From: Synechococcus sp.
Lineage (GTDB): Bacteria; Cyanobacteriota; Cyanobacteriia; PCC-6307; Cyanobiaceae
Direction: 5' to 3'
DNA: 64,000 nucleotides
Assembly: GCA_047285805.1 (NCBI GenBank)
Contig: JBJBCN010000002.1
Location: 160,001 to 224,000, forward strand
A model generated the notes under the pieces. It was given only the letters and a program-made list of their open reading frames with translations. It was not told the origin of the DNA and ran no database searches. Positions 51,064 to 60,531 of this stretch are shown here, one piece after another (the first letter of the stretch is position 1; each line of letters starts with the position of its first letter). Made by a program: the position numbers and the translations under genes.

Positions 51064-51125
51064 GGCGCTCAGGGATGGCAGTTCGCTCAGACCCCAGCAG
51101 AATTAAGGGATCTTCCCCTCGGCTG

Positions 51126-51542
51126 ATGGCTCGACGTTTAAGCCTCAGCTTGGCTCTGCTCGCCGCGGCGTCCCTGGCCTCGGGGACAGCCTATGCTGAG
51201 AGCCAGCCCTGCGCAAACGCCAACAGCACCGTTGAGATGTCGCTCTGCATCGCCAAGGTGCTTGAGCAGAAGGACCGTGAGCTTGCGATTGCCATGCAGA
51301 AGGTCGCGGCCGAGGTCTCAGAGATGCCAGGCGGTCAGTTCCATACCCTTTGGAAGGACAATCTGACCGGCTTTTTCAAGACGAGCGCTGATCACGAGGA
51401 TCAACTGGCGGCCTTTCAGCAGGCCCGCCGCAACGCCTGCGTTTTTATAAACTCGATCGCGTTCCAAAGCACGGGATTCGGCATCTTCGTCAGTAAATGC
51501 GAGATTCGCATGACGGATGCCTTGATGCAGTCGCAGAACTAA
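51126..51542 (+). CDS. LprI/DUF1311 family secreted protein
   Basis: Signal peptide, C..ANSTVEMSLC, QQARRNAC, C..RMT. Confidence 0.75.
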   Translation: MARRLSLSLALLAAASLASGTAYAESQPCANANSTVEMSLCIAKVLEQKDRELAIAMQKVAAEVSEMPGGQFHTLWKDNLTGFFKTSADHEDQLAAFQQARRNACVFINSIAFQSTGFGIFVSKCEIRMTDALMQSQN

Positions 51543-51845
51543 CGGTTCTTCGGCTCCTTGTCGAGGGCATTCATGCCCAAGAGCAGCTGCACATCTGTGG
51601 CTCATCGTGCTGAGATACTGCACTCTTTCGGGGTGCTCAGCACGAGCGAAGCGTTTCTACGAGGACCTGATTGGCCTAATCGGATGTCGCCTCGGCAGTG
51701 GTTCAGGTTGCAGTTACCTGTTTCAAGGTTTCGCGCAGTGAGGGCGCGGTTGCTTTGGTCTCCTCTTGATTGTTGAGCCCCAGATCGTGCATGCCTGAAA
51801 CGGCCTTGCGGACCTCTGCGAGTGTGTCGGGAACATCCTCGGCGA

Positions 51846-52256
51846 TTATTTCGTCGTGTTGTTCAAGGTGGCCTGCAGGGCCTTCTGCGTTTGATCCAGA
51901 TCCACCATCAAGCTGCTGATAGCCGGCGGCTGCTCGTAGGACATCGCCATCAGTGAGGCCATGAGTGGTACCACCAACTGCAGTACCAGCAGGGTGAGTA
52001 GTTCCAGGCTGGAGCGGCTGTTTTTCCCTAGCGGACCAGCACTGAGTTCAACCAGCCCAGCCTCGACCACCATTCCTGAGAGCAGGACGGGGCTGCCGAA
52101 GCGTTGACCGTTGCGTTCGGCGGTGTTCCAGTACCCGCCAGATCCGATCGCGACTGACCAGGCTTTGCACCGGAGATGGTGAATGGCTCCATCCAGGTTG
52201 CTGCCGCCGTGAACACCGTCTACCGCTGCATCCTCACCTGATAAACAGTGCCACAA
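51846..52256 (-). CDS. Hypothetical ORF, possibly a gene remnant
   Basis: ORF with one hydrophobic segment in a decayed region. Confidence 0.25.
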   Translation of the reverse strand: MWHCLSGEDAAVDGVHGGSNLDGAIHHLRCKAWSVAIGSGGYWNTAERNGQRFGSPVLLSGMVVEAGLVELSAGPLGKNSRSSLELLTLLVLQLVVPLMASLMAMSYEQPPAISSLMVDLDQTQKALQATLNNTTK

Positions 52257-52289
52257 AGCACCAACACTTAACTCGGATCAACCAGAACG

Positions 52290-52639
52290 TATTTGACAAA
52301 TCGCAAGACGGCCTTGGCGGCCTCTTGGGCATTTCGGAGTTGTTCGAATCGAAGCAATCGATGTGTTCCTCCTCGTCTCTTTGATAGCGGGTTTTGCTAT
52401 TCATCCGACTCAACGCTTTGAGGTGCAGCGCCTCAAACGCGGTTGTATCGCCCCCCTGATCACGAATGGTTCTAGCGGGGCAGTGTCCCCATGGAAATCA
52501 GCAGCCCCTTGAGGGCTTTCTCGGCGGCTTGGCCGTAGTGCTCGCACGCCTGGCTGTAAAAATGCTTGGCCTGGGTAGACGCTTCAACGGCAAAGTCGCT
52601 CTGGGCTTGTCGCATCCAGGTATTTCGTCGCTGGCTCAT
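52290..52639 (-). pseudogene. HEPN domain pseudogene
   Basis: WMRQAQSD...AC.H..QAAEKALK then stop; downstream frames give LKALSRM...TRY and AQEAAKAVLRFV. Confidence 0.7.
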
Positions 52640-53101
52640 GCTTCCGCTACGCAGAGGGTTCCTCTGGCGATAGCCCTCCCGTAAGGGGCATCTGTTCTCG
52701 CCAGTTGCAGCCAGTCCACTGCGTAGTGCGCCATAGGGTTGGCCAAGACAGCCTCTGCAAGGTGATCGGCTGTTGCTTGATACTTTTCCCGCCAAGACGT
52801 CCACGGGGTCTCAGTCCCCTTGCGCTAGTCGATCCGAACAGCTAATTCTCCGCGCCGTGATACTGCTCAGAGCAGAGGCGGTTGATGCTTGAAGTTGACC
52901 GAGCTGTTCTGCTCGTTTTCGTTCGCGGATCAGCGCGACGCTGGCGGACTTGGCGGCTGGACCGACCATGGGACACGGATATGGATGGGGACAGGCTTTT
53001 GCCTAAGGACGCTTACTGAGATGAATCCGTTGAAGTCAGATATGACGACCAGACGCTCAGACTGACGCTTGGTGCTCTGCGCCCCCCCTATGCCGATTCC
53101 T

Positions 53102-53437
53102 ATGACGGTCTCTGCCCTGCGTCGGTTGCTGCTCGCCGTGGTGTTGCTGCTGGGTTTGAGCCTGCCGCAGCCAGCCTGGGCGGATGGTGACCAGCTGTTT
53201 GAGCTGCACTGCGCGGGGTGCCATCTCAATGGAGGCAACATCATTCGCCGCGGAAAAACCTTGAAACTGGCGGCTTTGGAACGTCAGGGTGTGGCCTCCA
53301 AGGAGGCCATTGCGGCGATCGCGGCCCAGGGCCAGGGGCAGATGAGTGGCTATGCGGAGATCCTGGGGGAGGACGGTGTCCAGCAGGTGGCCGAGTGGGT
53401 CTGGCAGCAGAGCCAGGACGGTTGGCCGAGGTCATGA
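53102..53437 (+). CDS. Cytochrome c6-like protein (c6B type)
   Basis: Signal peptide, CAGCH, GGNIIRRGK, GQMSGY; Ile where c6 has the conserved Gln. Confidence 0.85.
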   Translation: MTVSALRRLLLAVVLLLGLSLPQPAWADGDQLFELHCAGCHLNGGNIIRRGKTLKLAALERQGVASKEAIAAIAAQGQGQMSGYAEILGEDGVQQVAEWVWQQSQDGWPRS

Positions 53438-53438
53438 C

Positions 53439-53705
53439 CTAGAAGGCCTGTATCCAGGGGTAGACCTCGAGTGCCGTCCAGATCCCCTTGCGCCAGTAGA
53501 CGTCGTTGCAGAGCAGCTCTTCCACCTGCTGCTTGGACTCAGCCTCGTAGATCCCGAAGACGTGGCTGCTGGTCTCGGTGGGCCCTAGGGTGATCAGCAC
53601 GCCGGCGTCCTTTTGCTGTTGCAGACCGGCGAGGTGCTCTTCTCGGTAGGGGGTGCGCTTCTCGAGCGCGTTCTCGCAGTATGTCCCCCAGAGAACAAAG
53701 CGCAC
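53439..53705 (-). CDS. YciI family protein
   Basis: R.PYREEHL, GPT, DVYW..GIW. Confidence 0.88.
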   Translation of the reverse strand: MRFVLWGTYCENALEKRTPYREEHLAGLQQQKDAGVLITLGPTETSSHVFGIYEAESKQQVEELLCNDVYWRKGIWTALEVYPWIQAF

Positions 53706-53730
53706 GGATCAGCTGGCGTGTGCGAGCAAG

Positions 53731-54024
53731 TTACAGCCAGCCACCGGCGAAGATCGGCTGGAGGATCTTGGCGGGAAGCAGCACGGGCAGGTTGCTCGGC
53801 TCTGCGCCGGCCTTGTCGCTCCAGCGCACCTTGCAGCGGAAGGTCCCGTTCTTGACCTTGAGGACGTATTGCTGCGGGACGGCCTGCTCGGGCATCAGGT
53901 ATTGAGCCTGGTTGCAGGCGTCCACCTCGGAGATATTGGAGGTGTAATCACTCCAGCCGGCCTGGGTGGCGGTGGGGGCGAGGAGCAAGGCCGCGCCGAG
54001 GAGGATCCGGGTGCGCAGCGCCAT
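53731..54024 (-). CDS. Secreted hypothetical protein
   Basis: Signal peptide ending ATQA, two Cys. Confidence 0.6.
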   Translation of the reverse strand: MALRTRILLGAALLLAPTATQAGWSDYTSNISEVDACNQAQYLMPEQAVPQQYVLKVKNGTFRCKVRWSDKAGAEPSNLPVLLPAKILQPIFAGGWL

Positions 54025-54065
54025 GGGCAATCGTCCCCAGCGGGATTGAACTCCAGAGATTCTGC

Positions 54066-54878
54066 CTAGTGATCGAGGGCTTGGCGCAGTTGGCCGCAGA
54101 ACTGACCGGCCGCCGCGGCTATGTCCCCCTGTTGGCTGTGGCTCTCGGCCATGACTTTGACCAGGGCGCTGCCGACGATGGCGCCATCGGCGCCCCAATC
54201 GCGGACCTGGCGGGCCTGCTCGGGGCTGGAGATGCCAAAGCCAACGGCCACCGGAGTTGGCCCCATTCCTTTGAGCTGCTGCACCAGCGTGGCCACGCGG
54301 TTTTCCAGGGTGGTGCGGACGCCGGTGACGCCGGTGACGCTGACCAGATAGGTGAAGCCGCGGCTGACCTGGGCGATCCGGCCCATGCGATCGCTGGGCG
54401 TGGTGGGAGCCACCAGCAGCACAAGATCCAGTCCAGCGGCTTCGGCGATGGCCGAGAGTTTTTCGGCTTCCTCGAGGGGCAGGTCGGGCACCACGAGACT
54501 GGCGGCCCCGGCGGCGGCGGCATCCCGGCAGAAGTTCTCCATCCCGCGGTTCAGCAGCGGGTTGCTGTAGGTGAAGAGGATTACCGGAATCAAGAGCTCG
54601 CCCTTCAGGCTCTGCAGCATCTCGAGGACGCGACCCGGGGTGGTCCCGGAGCCGAGCGCGCGGCTGGCGGCGGCCTGAATGACAGGCCCGTCAGCGAGGG
54701 GATCGCTGTAGGGAATGCCCAGCTCGATCATGTCTGCACCGGCGGCCTCCAGGGCAAGGAGGGTCGAGCGGGTTTGGGTCAGATCGGGGTCGCCGGCCAT
54801 CAGGAATGGCATCAAGGCGCAGCGCCCTTCCGACTGAAGCTTCTGAAACCGCTGCTGGATAGGAGTGCTGGTGGTCAC
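54066..54878 (-). CDS. trpA: Tryptophan synthase alpha chain
   Basis: [27 protein letters not shown]. Confidence 0.98.
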   Translation of the reverse strand: MTTSTPIQQRFQKLQSEGRCALMPFLMAGDPDLTQTRSTLLALEAAGADMIELGIPYSDPLADGPVIQAAASRALGSGTTPGRVLEMLQSLKGELLIPVILFTYSNPLLNRGMENFCRDAAAAGAASLVVPDLPLEEAEKLSAIAEAAGLDLVLLVAPTTPSDRMGRIAQVSRGFTYLVSVTGVTGVRTTLENRVATLVQQLKGMGPTPVAVGFGISSPEQARQVRDWGADGAIVGSALVKVMAESHSQQGDIAAAAGQFCGQLRQALDH

Positions 54879-54911
54879 GGCAGCGTGAGATCTGCAGCTG
54901 AGCCTATGGCC

Positions 54912-55250
54912 TCAGCCTTTACTCTCCTGGGCGAGCTCCTTCATGAGCTTTTCTTGCTCTTCGGTGCTGAGGGCGTCAAAACGCTTCAGCAGCTCTTCGT
55001 CAGTGGCCGCGTCATAACCCGAGCGGTAGCGCCGGCGCTGCTCCATATAGGTCATGTTTCCGGTCACGACCCGGAACAAATACGACCCCGTCCAGACCAG
55101 GACGATGACCACCAAGAGCGCTTGGGCGGCGATGCCAGCACTGAAGCCTTCGAAACCGGCCGCCTGGAAGCCCCAGTAGCCGATTCCGCCGATGCCAAAG
55201 ATGGCCAAGCCGGCCAGGAGGGCCTTGCCCCGCGTGATCCCCGATCCCAT
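54912..55250 (-). CDS. DUF3007 family protein
   Basis: TRG...two TM...W..SYLFRV....MTY.EQ; TAATG overlap with ndhL. Confidence 0.85.
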   Translation of the reverse strand: MGSGITRGKALLAGLAIFGIGGIGYWGFQAAGFEGFSAGIAAQALLVVIVLVWTGSYLFRVVTGNMTYMEQRRRYRSGYDAATDEELLKRFDALSTEEQEKLMKELAQESKG

Positions 55251-55501
55251 TACTGGTTGCCCTGGCCCTGCAGACGCAGATTCACGAAGGGAGCGAAGAC
55301 GATCAGTCCAGGGAAGAAGAGGAAGACCAGCCCGTAGACCACGGTGCGCTCGATCTTGCCCATGAGGGTCCAGCGCTTGGTCATCCAAGCCATAAGGGCC
55401 AGGGGCACCGCCACTAAGTAGGCCCCGGCCAGGGCCCCATAGGCGGCCAGCACCAGCAGGGTCTCATTTGTGAGGGAGCTGAGGAACCCGGGCAGTGGCA
55501 C
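55250..55501 (-). CDS. ndhL: NDH-1 subunit L
   Basis: YL.AVP...W...RW....K.ER...Y.LVFLFFPG...FAPF.N.R. Confidence 0.92.
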   Translation of the reverse strand: MPLPGFLSSLTNETLLVLAAYGALAGAYLVAVPLALMAWMTKRWTLMGKIERTVVYGLVFLFFPGLIVFAPFVNLRLQGQGNQ

Positions 55502-55544
55502 GGCGATGGTGCGATGTCACAACGAATCTAAGATGGTTGGCGCC

Positions 55545-55628
55545 GGGACCATGGCGGAATTGGTAGACGCAGCGGACTTAAAATCCGCAGACGGCAACGT
55601 TGTGAGGGTTCAAGTCCCTCTGGTCCCA
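55545..55628 (+). tRNA. tRNA-Leu (UAA), intronless
   Basis: GGGACCA...GCGGA-CTTAAAA-TCCGC, long variable arm, GGTTCAAGTCC, TGGTCCCA. Confidence 0.97.
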
Positions 55629-55629
55629 C

Positions 55630-56367
55630 TCAACGGGCTTCGCCGTTCATCCAGCTGATCCAGTCCGCTGAGATCTCTTTTGGGCAGACGGCTTCGCACT
55701 CGAGGTTGCTGCTGCAACGGCCAAACCCCTCGGCCTCCATCGCTGCCTGCATGGCCAGAGCCCTAGAACGCCGTTCCGGTTGCCCTTGCGGCAGTTGACC
55801 CAAGTGCGCGAGCTTGGCGGCCGTGAAGAGGCTCGCTGAAGCATTGCGGCAGCTAGCGACGCAGGCCCCGCAGCCGATGCACATGGCGGTTTCAAAGGCT
55901 GCAAGGGCCTGGTCTTGCCCGATCAACATCGCGTTGCCACTCGTAGCCTGGCCGGTGTTGACCGAGCAGTAGCCCCCGGCGGCGATGATCCGATCGAAAG
56001 CCGAGCGCTCCACTCCGAGGTCTTGGATGAGGGGGAAAGCCGCTGCGCGCCACGGCTCCAACGTCACCGTCTCTCCGTTCTGGAACTGCCGGACATAGAG
56101 CTGACAGACGGTCGTCGCTCTTTGAGAGCCATGGGCCTGACCATTGACAAGAAAACCGCAACTGCCGCAGATCCCCTCTCTGCAGTCGTGCTCGAAATAG
56201 ATCGGCCTCTCGCCGCGGCGGATCAGCTGATCGTTAAGCTTATCCAATACCTCAAGTAGTGAAAGATCCGGACTGAGTCCTTGGACGGGGTAGGAGCAAA
56301 AGGCGCCCCTGGTTTGACCGTTCTCTTGTCGCCAGACCCGCAGCGTGAGGGAGAGAGTTGTGGTCAT
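55630..56367 (-). CDS. sdhB: Succinate dehydrogenase/fumarate reductase Fe-S subunit
   Basis: CREGICGSC, CIGCGAC...C, C.....C...CP. Confidence 0.95.
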   Translation of the reverse strand: MTTTLSLTLRVWRQENGQTRGAFCSYPVQGLSPDLSLLEVLDKLNDQLIRRGERPIYFEHDCREGICGSCGFLVNGQAHGSQRATTVCQLYVRQFQNGETVTLEPWRAAAFPLIQDLGVERSAFDRIIAAGGYCSVNTGQATSGNAMLIGQDQALAAFETAMCIGCGACVASCRNASASLFTAAKLAHLGQLPQGQPERRSRALAMQAAMEAEGFGRCSSNLECEAVCPKEISADWISWMNGEAR

Positions 56368-58286
56368 CGGTAACTGCGGGTGCTTGGTTGAAGAGCCGAG
56401 AACAAAAGCGGTTCTTGATGGCGAATCGGCTCGGCACCGTCCTGGTGTTCCCAGGCGGCAATGTGGGCGAAGTGTTCATCTTTCCTGAGGGCTTCTCCCT
56501 CAGGGGTTTGGTGTTCTTCGCGGAAATGGGCTCCACAAGATTCCTCTCGGGCTAGCGCGTCCCGCAGCATGAGTTGGGCGAGGCCAAAGAAGTCACTCAA
56601 TCGCAGCCCCTTCTCCAATTCGACATTGGGACCCGTGGCAGTCCCAGGGATTCGCACCTGGCCTCGAAAGGCTTGCTCGAGTTGATGAACCTCTTGGATC
56701 CCCTTCTCTAATCCGCTCGCATCACGACTAATGCCGCAGCGCTGAATCATCGTCAGGCCGAGTTGACGGTGAAAGTTGTCAACGGGAATGTCGCCGTTGG
56801 TGTTCAGAAGGCTTTGGATTCGAGTTTCTGCGGCGGCCTTGGCTGCGCGGCAGGACGGATGCTCCTCGTTCACGGCAGGTGTGGGGTGACCGGCAAGCCA
56901 TGCCGTCACGGTCGCCGGGGCGATGAAATAGCCGTCTGCAAGGCCCTGCATGAGAGCACTGGCTCCGAGGCGGTTGGCACCGTGTTCTGAGAAGTTGGCT
57001 TCTCCGAGTACAAAGAGTCCTGGGATTGAACTCATCAGGTGGTAGTCCACCCAGAGTCCGCCCATGGTGTAGTGCGGAGCGGGGTAAATCTTGAGCGGTT
57101 TGGCATAGGGGTCTTCACCGCTGATGTGCTCATACATCTCCAGCAAGTTGCCGTAGCGCTTGGCAATGACATCTCTGCCGTTGTGTTGTATCGCATCGCG
57201 GAGATCGAGGTAGATCGAGCGGCCGGCTGGGCCAACGCCTTTGCCCGCATTGCAGAGTTCCCTCGCCCTGCGGGAGGCCACATCCCGCGGCACCATGTTC
57301 CCGTAGCTGGGGTATTGGCGCTCGAGGAAATAATCCCGTTCCGATTCCGGAATGGACTCCGGATCTCTGGTGTCATGGCTCTCTTGCGGAAGCCAGACGC
57401 GACCGTCATTGCGCAGGCTCTCGCTCATGAGCGTCAGCTTGCTTTGGTAAGGGTCGCCGCTTGGAATGCAGGTTGGGTGGATCTGCGTGAAGCAGGGGTT
57501 GGCAAACAAGGCCCCTTGCTCATGGGCCCTCCAGATCGCACTGGCGTTGGACTTCAGGGCATTGGTGGAGAGGAAGTAGACGTTGCTGTAGCCCCCGCTG
57601 GCCAGCACAACGGCGTGGCCGGTGTGGGTTTCGAGAGCACCGCTTAGCAGGTTGCGGCAGATGACCCCACGGGCGACGCCATCAATGCGGATCAGTTCGA
57701 CGAGATCGCGGCGAGGAAGCAGTTCAATCCGTCCAAGCTGCACTTGGCGCATCAAGGCCTGGTAGGCGCCGTAGAGAAGTTGTTGACCGGTTTGCCCCCT
57801 GGCGTAAAAGGTGCGGCTCACCAAGGATCCCCCGAAATTGCGGGTGGCCAGAGTGCCGCCGTATTCCCGGGCGAAGGGAACCCCCTGGGCCACGCATTGG
57901 TCAATGATTGAGCTGCTGATCTCAGCCAGACGGTGACAGCCGGCCTCACGTGCGCGGAAGTCTCCGCCGCGGACGGTATCCCTGAACAGTCGGCTCACAC
58001 TGTCTCCGTCAACGGCGAGGGGACGGGCGGCGTTGATTCCGCCCTGGGCTGCGACCGAGTGAGCCCGGCGTGGACTGTCGTGAAAGGTGATCACTTTCAC
58101 GCGGTACCCCTGCTCCGCCAGGGTTGCCGCCGCCGAGGATCCCGCTAATCCAGTCCCGACCACGAGGACTGTCAGCTCGCGCTTGCGCAGCGGGCTGATG
58201 AGGGGGAGTTCCTCTTTGGTGCGTCTCCAGGCGTCGCTGACGGGACCCCCCGGCAGGTGGGGATTCGGCGTGTTCATCGGGATCAA
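56364..58286 (-). CDS. sdhA: Succinate dehydrogenase/fumarate reductase flavoprotein
   Basis: GTGLAG, AHSVAAQGG, QIHPT, HYTMGG, HGANRLG. Confidence 0.96.
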   Translation of the reverse strand: MIPMNTPNPHLPGGPVSDAWRRTKEELPLISPLRKRELTVLVVGTGLAGSSAAATLAEQGYRVKVITFHDSPRRAHSVAAQGGINAARPLAVDGDSVSRLFRDTVRGGDFRAREAGCHRLAEISSSIIDQCVAQGVPFAREYGGTLATRNFGGSLVSRTFYARGQTGQQLLYGAYQALMRQVQLGRIELLPRRDLVELIRIDGVARGVICRNLLSGALETHTGHAVVLASGGYSNVYFLSTNALKSNASAIWRAHEQGALFANPCFTQIHPTCIPSGDPYQSKLTLMSESLRNDGRVWLPQESHDTRDPESIPESERDYFLERQYPSYGNMVPRDVASRRARELCNAGKGVGPAGRSIYLDLRDAIQHNGRDVIAKRYGNLLEMYEHISGEDPYAKPLKIYPAPHYTMGGLWVDYHLMSSIPGLFVLGEANFSEHGANRLGASALMQGLADGYFIAPATVTAWLAGHPTPAVNEEHPSCRAAKAAAETRIQSLLNTNGDIPVDNFHRQLGLTMIQRCGISRDASGLEKGIQEVHQLEQAFRGQVRIPGTATGPNVELEKGLRLSDFFGLAQLMLRDALAREESCGAHFREEHQTPEGEALRKDEHFAHIAAWEHQDGAEPIRHQEPLLFSALQPSTRSYR

Positions 58287-58900
58287 CCCAGCAGAGCCAG
58301 CCAGCTGGCTGATCCGGTGAAACCAAGGCCGAGGAGGACTCCCGCCGCTCGGGCGATTTGGCGGATGACTGCAGCGTTCTGTGGTGTGAGCAACCCCAAG
58401 CTGCGCTGCGCCGATTCCCCGCCTTGGATGATGTGCAGGCTGAGGGCCAGACAGGCCACTGCGTAGAGCAACAGCGTGAGAGGAGCGTGGAGGCTTGCGC
58501 TCAACTGCATGAGTTCAAATCCAGGGGCAGGTCGCGGCAGCCTCAGTTGTTTGAGGTGGACGGCGAGGAAGAGCAGCAGGGTGATTCCTCCGATCGGTTG
58601 TAACCGAGCGCTCCAGCTCCCTAGCGGGTCCTTGCGTCGGCTCTTGAGTTGGGCGTGGTTGCCCGCTTTCCAGTTCTTCAGAGCCTTGCTCAGGCTGAGG
58701 CTGGCATGCGTGATCGCGGCAAAGAGCAACAGCCCTTCGAGCAGGGGAAGCCACCAGCTCTGGTGGAGGACGCTGGCGTAGCACTCGAACTGCAGCGGCG
58801 CGACGGGCGCCAGGCCGACGCCGATGAGATGAGCAACCAGAAAGGCCATCAGCACCAGTCCGGACCCAGCAAGGAGGATGCGGCGGACCATGGCGACCAT
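58283..58900 (-). CDS. sdhC: Succinate dehydrogenase cytochrome b subunit
   Basis: Five TM helices with His ligands; first gene of the operon. Confidence 0.88.
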   Translation of the reverse strand: MVAMVRRILLAGSGLVLMAFLVAHLIGVGLAPVAPLQFECYASVLHQSWWLPLLEGLLLFAAITHASLSLSKALKNWKAGNHAQLKSRRKDPLGSWSARLQPIGGITLLLFLAVHLKQLRLPRPAPGFELMQLSASLHAPLTLLLYAVACLALSLHIIQGGESAQRSLGLLTPQNAAVIRQIARAAGVLLGLGFTGSASWLALLG

Positions 58901-59007
58901 TGATTACCAATGAACGCTAGGCCGGTGGCCTCCGCTTCATGACAAACCTGCTGACAGCTTGAAAAGTCCTGGCCAGGCTGACCAGTGTTGAGCTATGGCT
59001 GTTGTTG

Positions 59008-59093
59008 ATGCTTGAGCTGCTCCCGCCGCTCAACGATCACAACCTCCCTTGGATCGACATGATTCACCAATCGTGGTCCACTTCGTGATCGCC
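59008..59093 (+). pseudogene. N-terminal fragment of a DUF2231-like membrane protein
   Basis: MLELLPPLNDHNLPWIDMIH, then a 1-nt deletion, then IVVHFVIA (HPxxVHF motif); truncated. Confidence 0.55.
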
Positions 59094-59223
59094 AATGCCC
59101 TGCGGATTGGCAATGGTTTGGTGAAGTCCCTCTAAGCCTCGGCCAAGGTCTCACGTTAACCACTTCTGAGGGTGATTTCAAATCAGCTCGGCGGCATCAT
59201 GGGCTCGCTTTGAGAACACGGCA

Positions 59224-60531
59224 GTGGTTCTGCGCACCCGCGACTTGATCCGCAACCTGTTGCAGTTGTCCCTGCTGGGTGTGCTGGTCGGTGTGGCCTG
59301 CTGGCCGTTCAACATGCTCGATCGCTGGCAGGACCAGCTGCTCAACTTGCTGCCCGCCTTCAGCGGAGACGAGTGGACGCCGGCGGCGTTGGCGTTGGCT
59401 TGCTCACCGCTCGTGGTCGTGCCGATGTTGCTGCTGCTGCAACGGGGGATTTGGTCGCGTGGAGCCGGCTCCGGCATTCCGCAGACGATGACCAGCATCG
59501 ATCATCCTGCTCAGGCTTCCGCCCTGCTCGGGTGGGCGCCCAGTTGGCAGCGCCTGGCCCTTTGGGGGATCGCCAGCTTGGCCCTGTTGCCGATTGGCCG
59601 GGAGGGACCCGTGGTGCAGGTCGGCGCCTCCGCGGCTCACTTTCTGCGCAAGCGTTTTCCCAATTGGTTCTACGGCTTGGGGCAGGCCGAGCTGTTGGCG
59701 GTGGCCGGTGGTGCTGGCTTAGCGGGGGGGTTCGACACGCCGCTTCTCGGGGTGGTGTTTGTGGTCGAGGAGTTCATCAGTGCCTTCTCCTCGAACTTGA
59801 TCTGGCCGGCTTTGGTGGTCAGTGGCATGGCGGCCTCCTTCAGCAACCTGGCCGGTCAGCCCATGTTTGCCTTGGGCACCGTCGGTGTTGAGCCGATGGA
59901 ATTGGCCCAGGTGCTTTGGGCCCTTCCGGTTGGATTGGTCGGCGGTCTGGTGGGGGCGGCCTTTGCAAGCTTGCTGCTGGCCGGGACACGCCGGGGTGTG
60001 GGCTTGGCGCGCCGTTATCCGCTGCGTCTTGGTCTTGGGGTCGGTGCCTTCCTCAGCCTGTTCCTGTTGGTGAGCGGCGGAACCGGTGGCGGAGACGGGG
60101 AATTGCTGATGGGCAGCCTGCTGTTTGGCTCATCTAATGGTGTGGAGTTGCCCCACGGGTTGTGGACTGATCTCCTCACCCTCATCTTTCGAATCATTGG
60201 CCCAGTTCTCGCTCTCTCCACAGGGATTCCCGGTGGATTGATTGATCCCTCCTTCACCTTTGGTGCTGCGATGGGCCAGGTGATTGCGGATCTTGCCGGT
60301 TTGCCGCAACTGTTTTTGGCCTTGGGGATGGTCGCGGGACTCTCCGGCGCGACCCAGCTACCGGTGATGTCGGTGCTTTTTGGAATCCGCCTGGCGGGTG
60401 ACCAGCAACTGTTGCCGGGACTGTTGGCGGCTTCCGTCCTGGCGGCCTATGTGAGCCGTCAGTTCGTGGCCAAGCCTATATATCACGCCCTCCATGTCCT
60501 CTACGGGGAAGCTACGAAGACGTCTCTGTAA
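59224..60531 (+). CDS. ClC chloride channel/transporter family protein
   Basis: GSGIP, GREGP, FVVEE, C-terminal PIY. Confidence 0.9.
   Translation: MVLRTRDLIRNLLQLSLLGVLVGVACWPFNMLDRWQDQLLNLLPAFSGDEWTPAALALACSPLVVVPMLLLLQRGIWSRGAGSGIPQTMTSIDHPAQASALLGWAPSWQRLALWGIASLALLPIGREGPVVQVGASAAHFLRKRFPNWFYGLGQAELLAVAGGAGLAGGFDTPLLGVVFVVEEFISAFSSNLIWPALVVSGMAASFSNLAGQPMFALGTVGVEPMELAQVLWALPVGLVGGLVGAAFASLLLAGTRRGVGLARRYPLRLGLGVGAFLSLFLLVSGGTGGGDGELLMGSLLFGSSNGVELPHGLWTDLLTLIFRIIGPVLALSTGIPGGLIDPSFTFGAAMGQVIADLAGLPQLFLALGMVAGLSGATQLPVMSVLFGIRLAGDQQLLPGLLAASVLAAYVSRQFVAKPIYHALHVLYGEATKTSL

Noticed and set aside
55545..55628. Group I intron or island attachment site at tRNA-Leu(UAA)
   Set aside because: The anticodon loop is uninterrupted, and no repeat of the tRNA 3' end or integrase was seen nearby
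59224..60531. Fluoride-specific CLC-F exporter
   Set aside because: It has GSGIP/GREGP rather than GNNLI/GREGT motifs, and no fluoride riboswitch was evident
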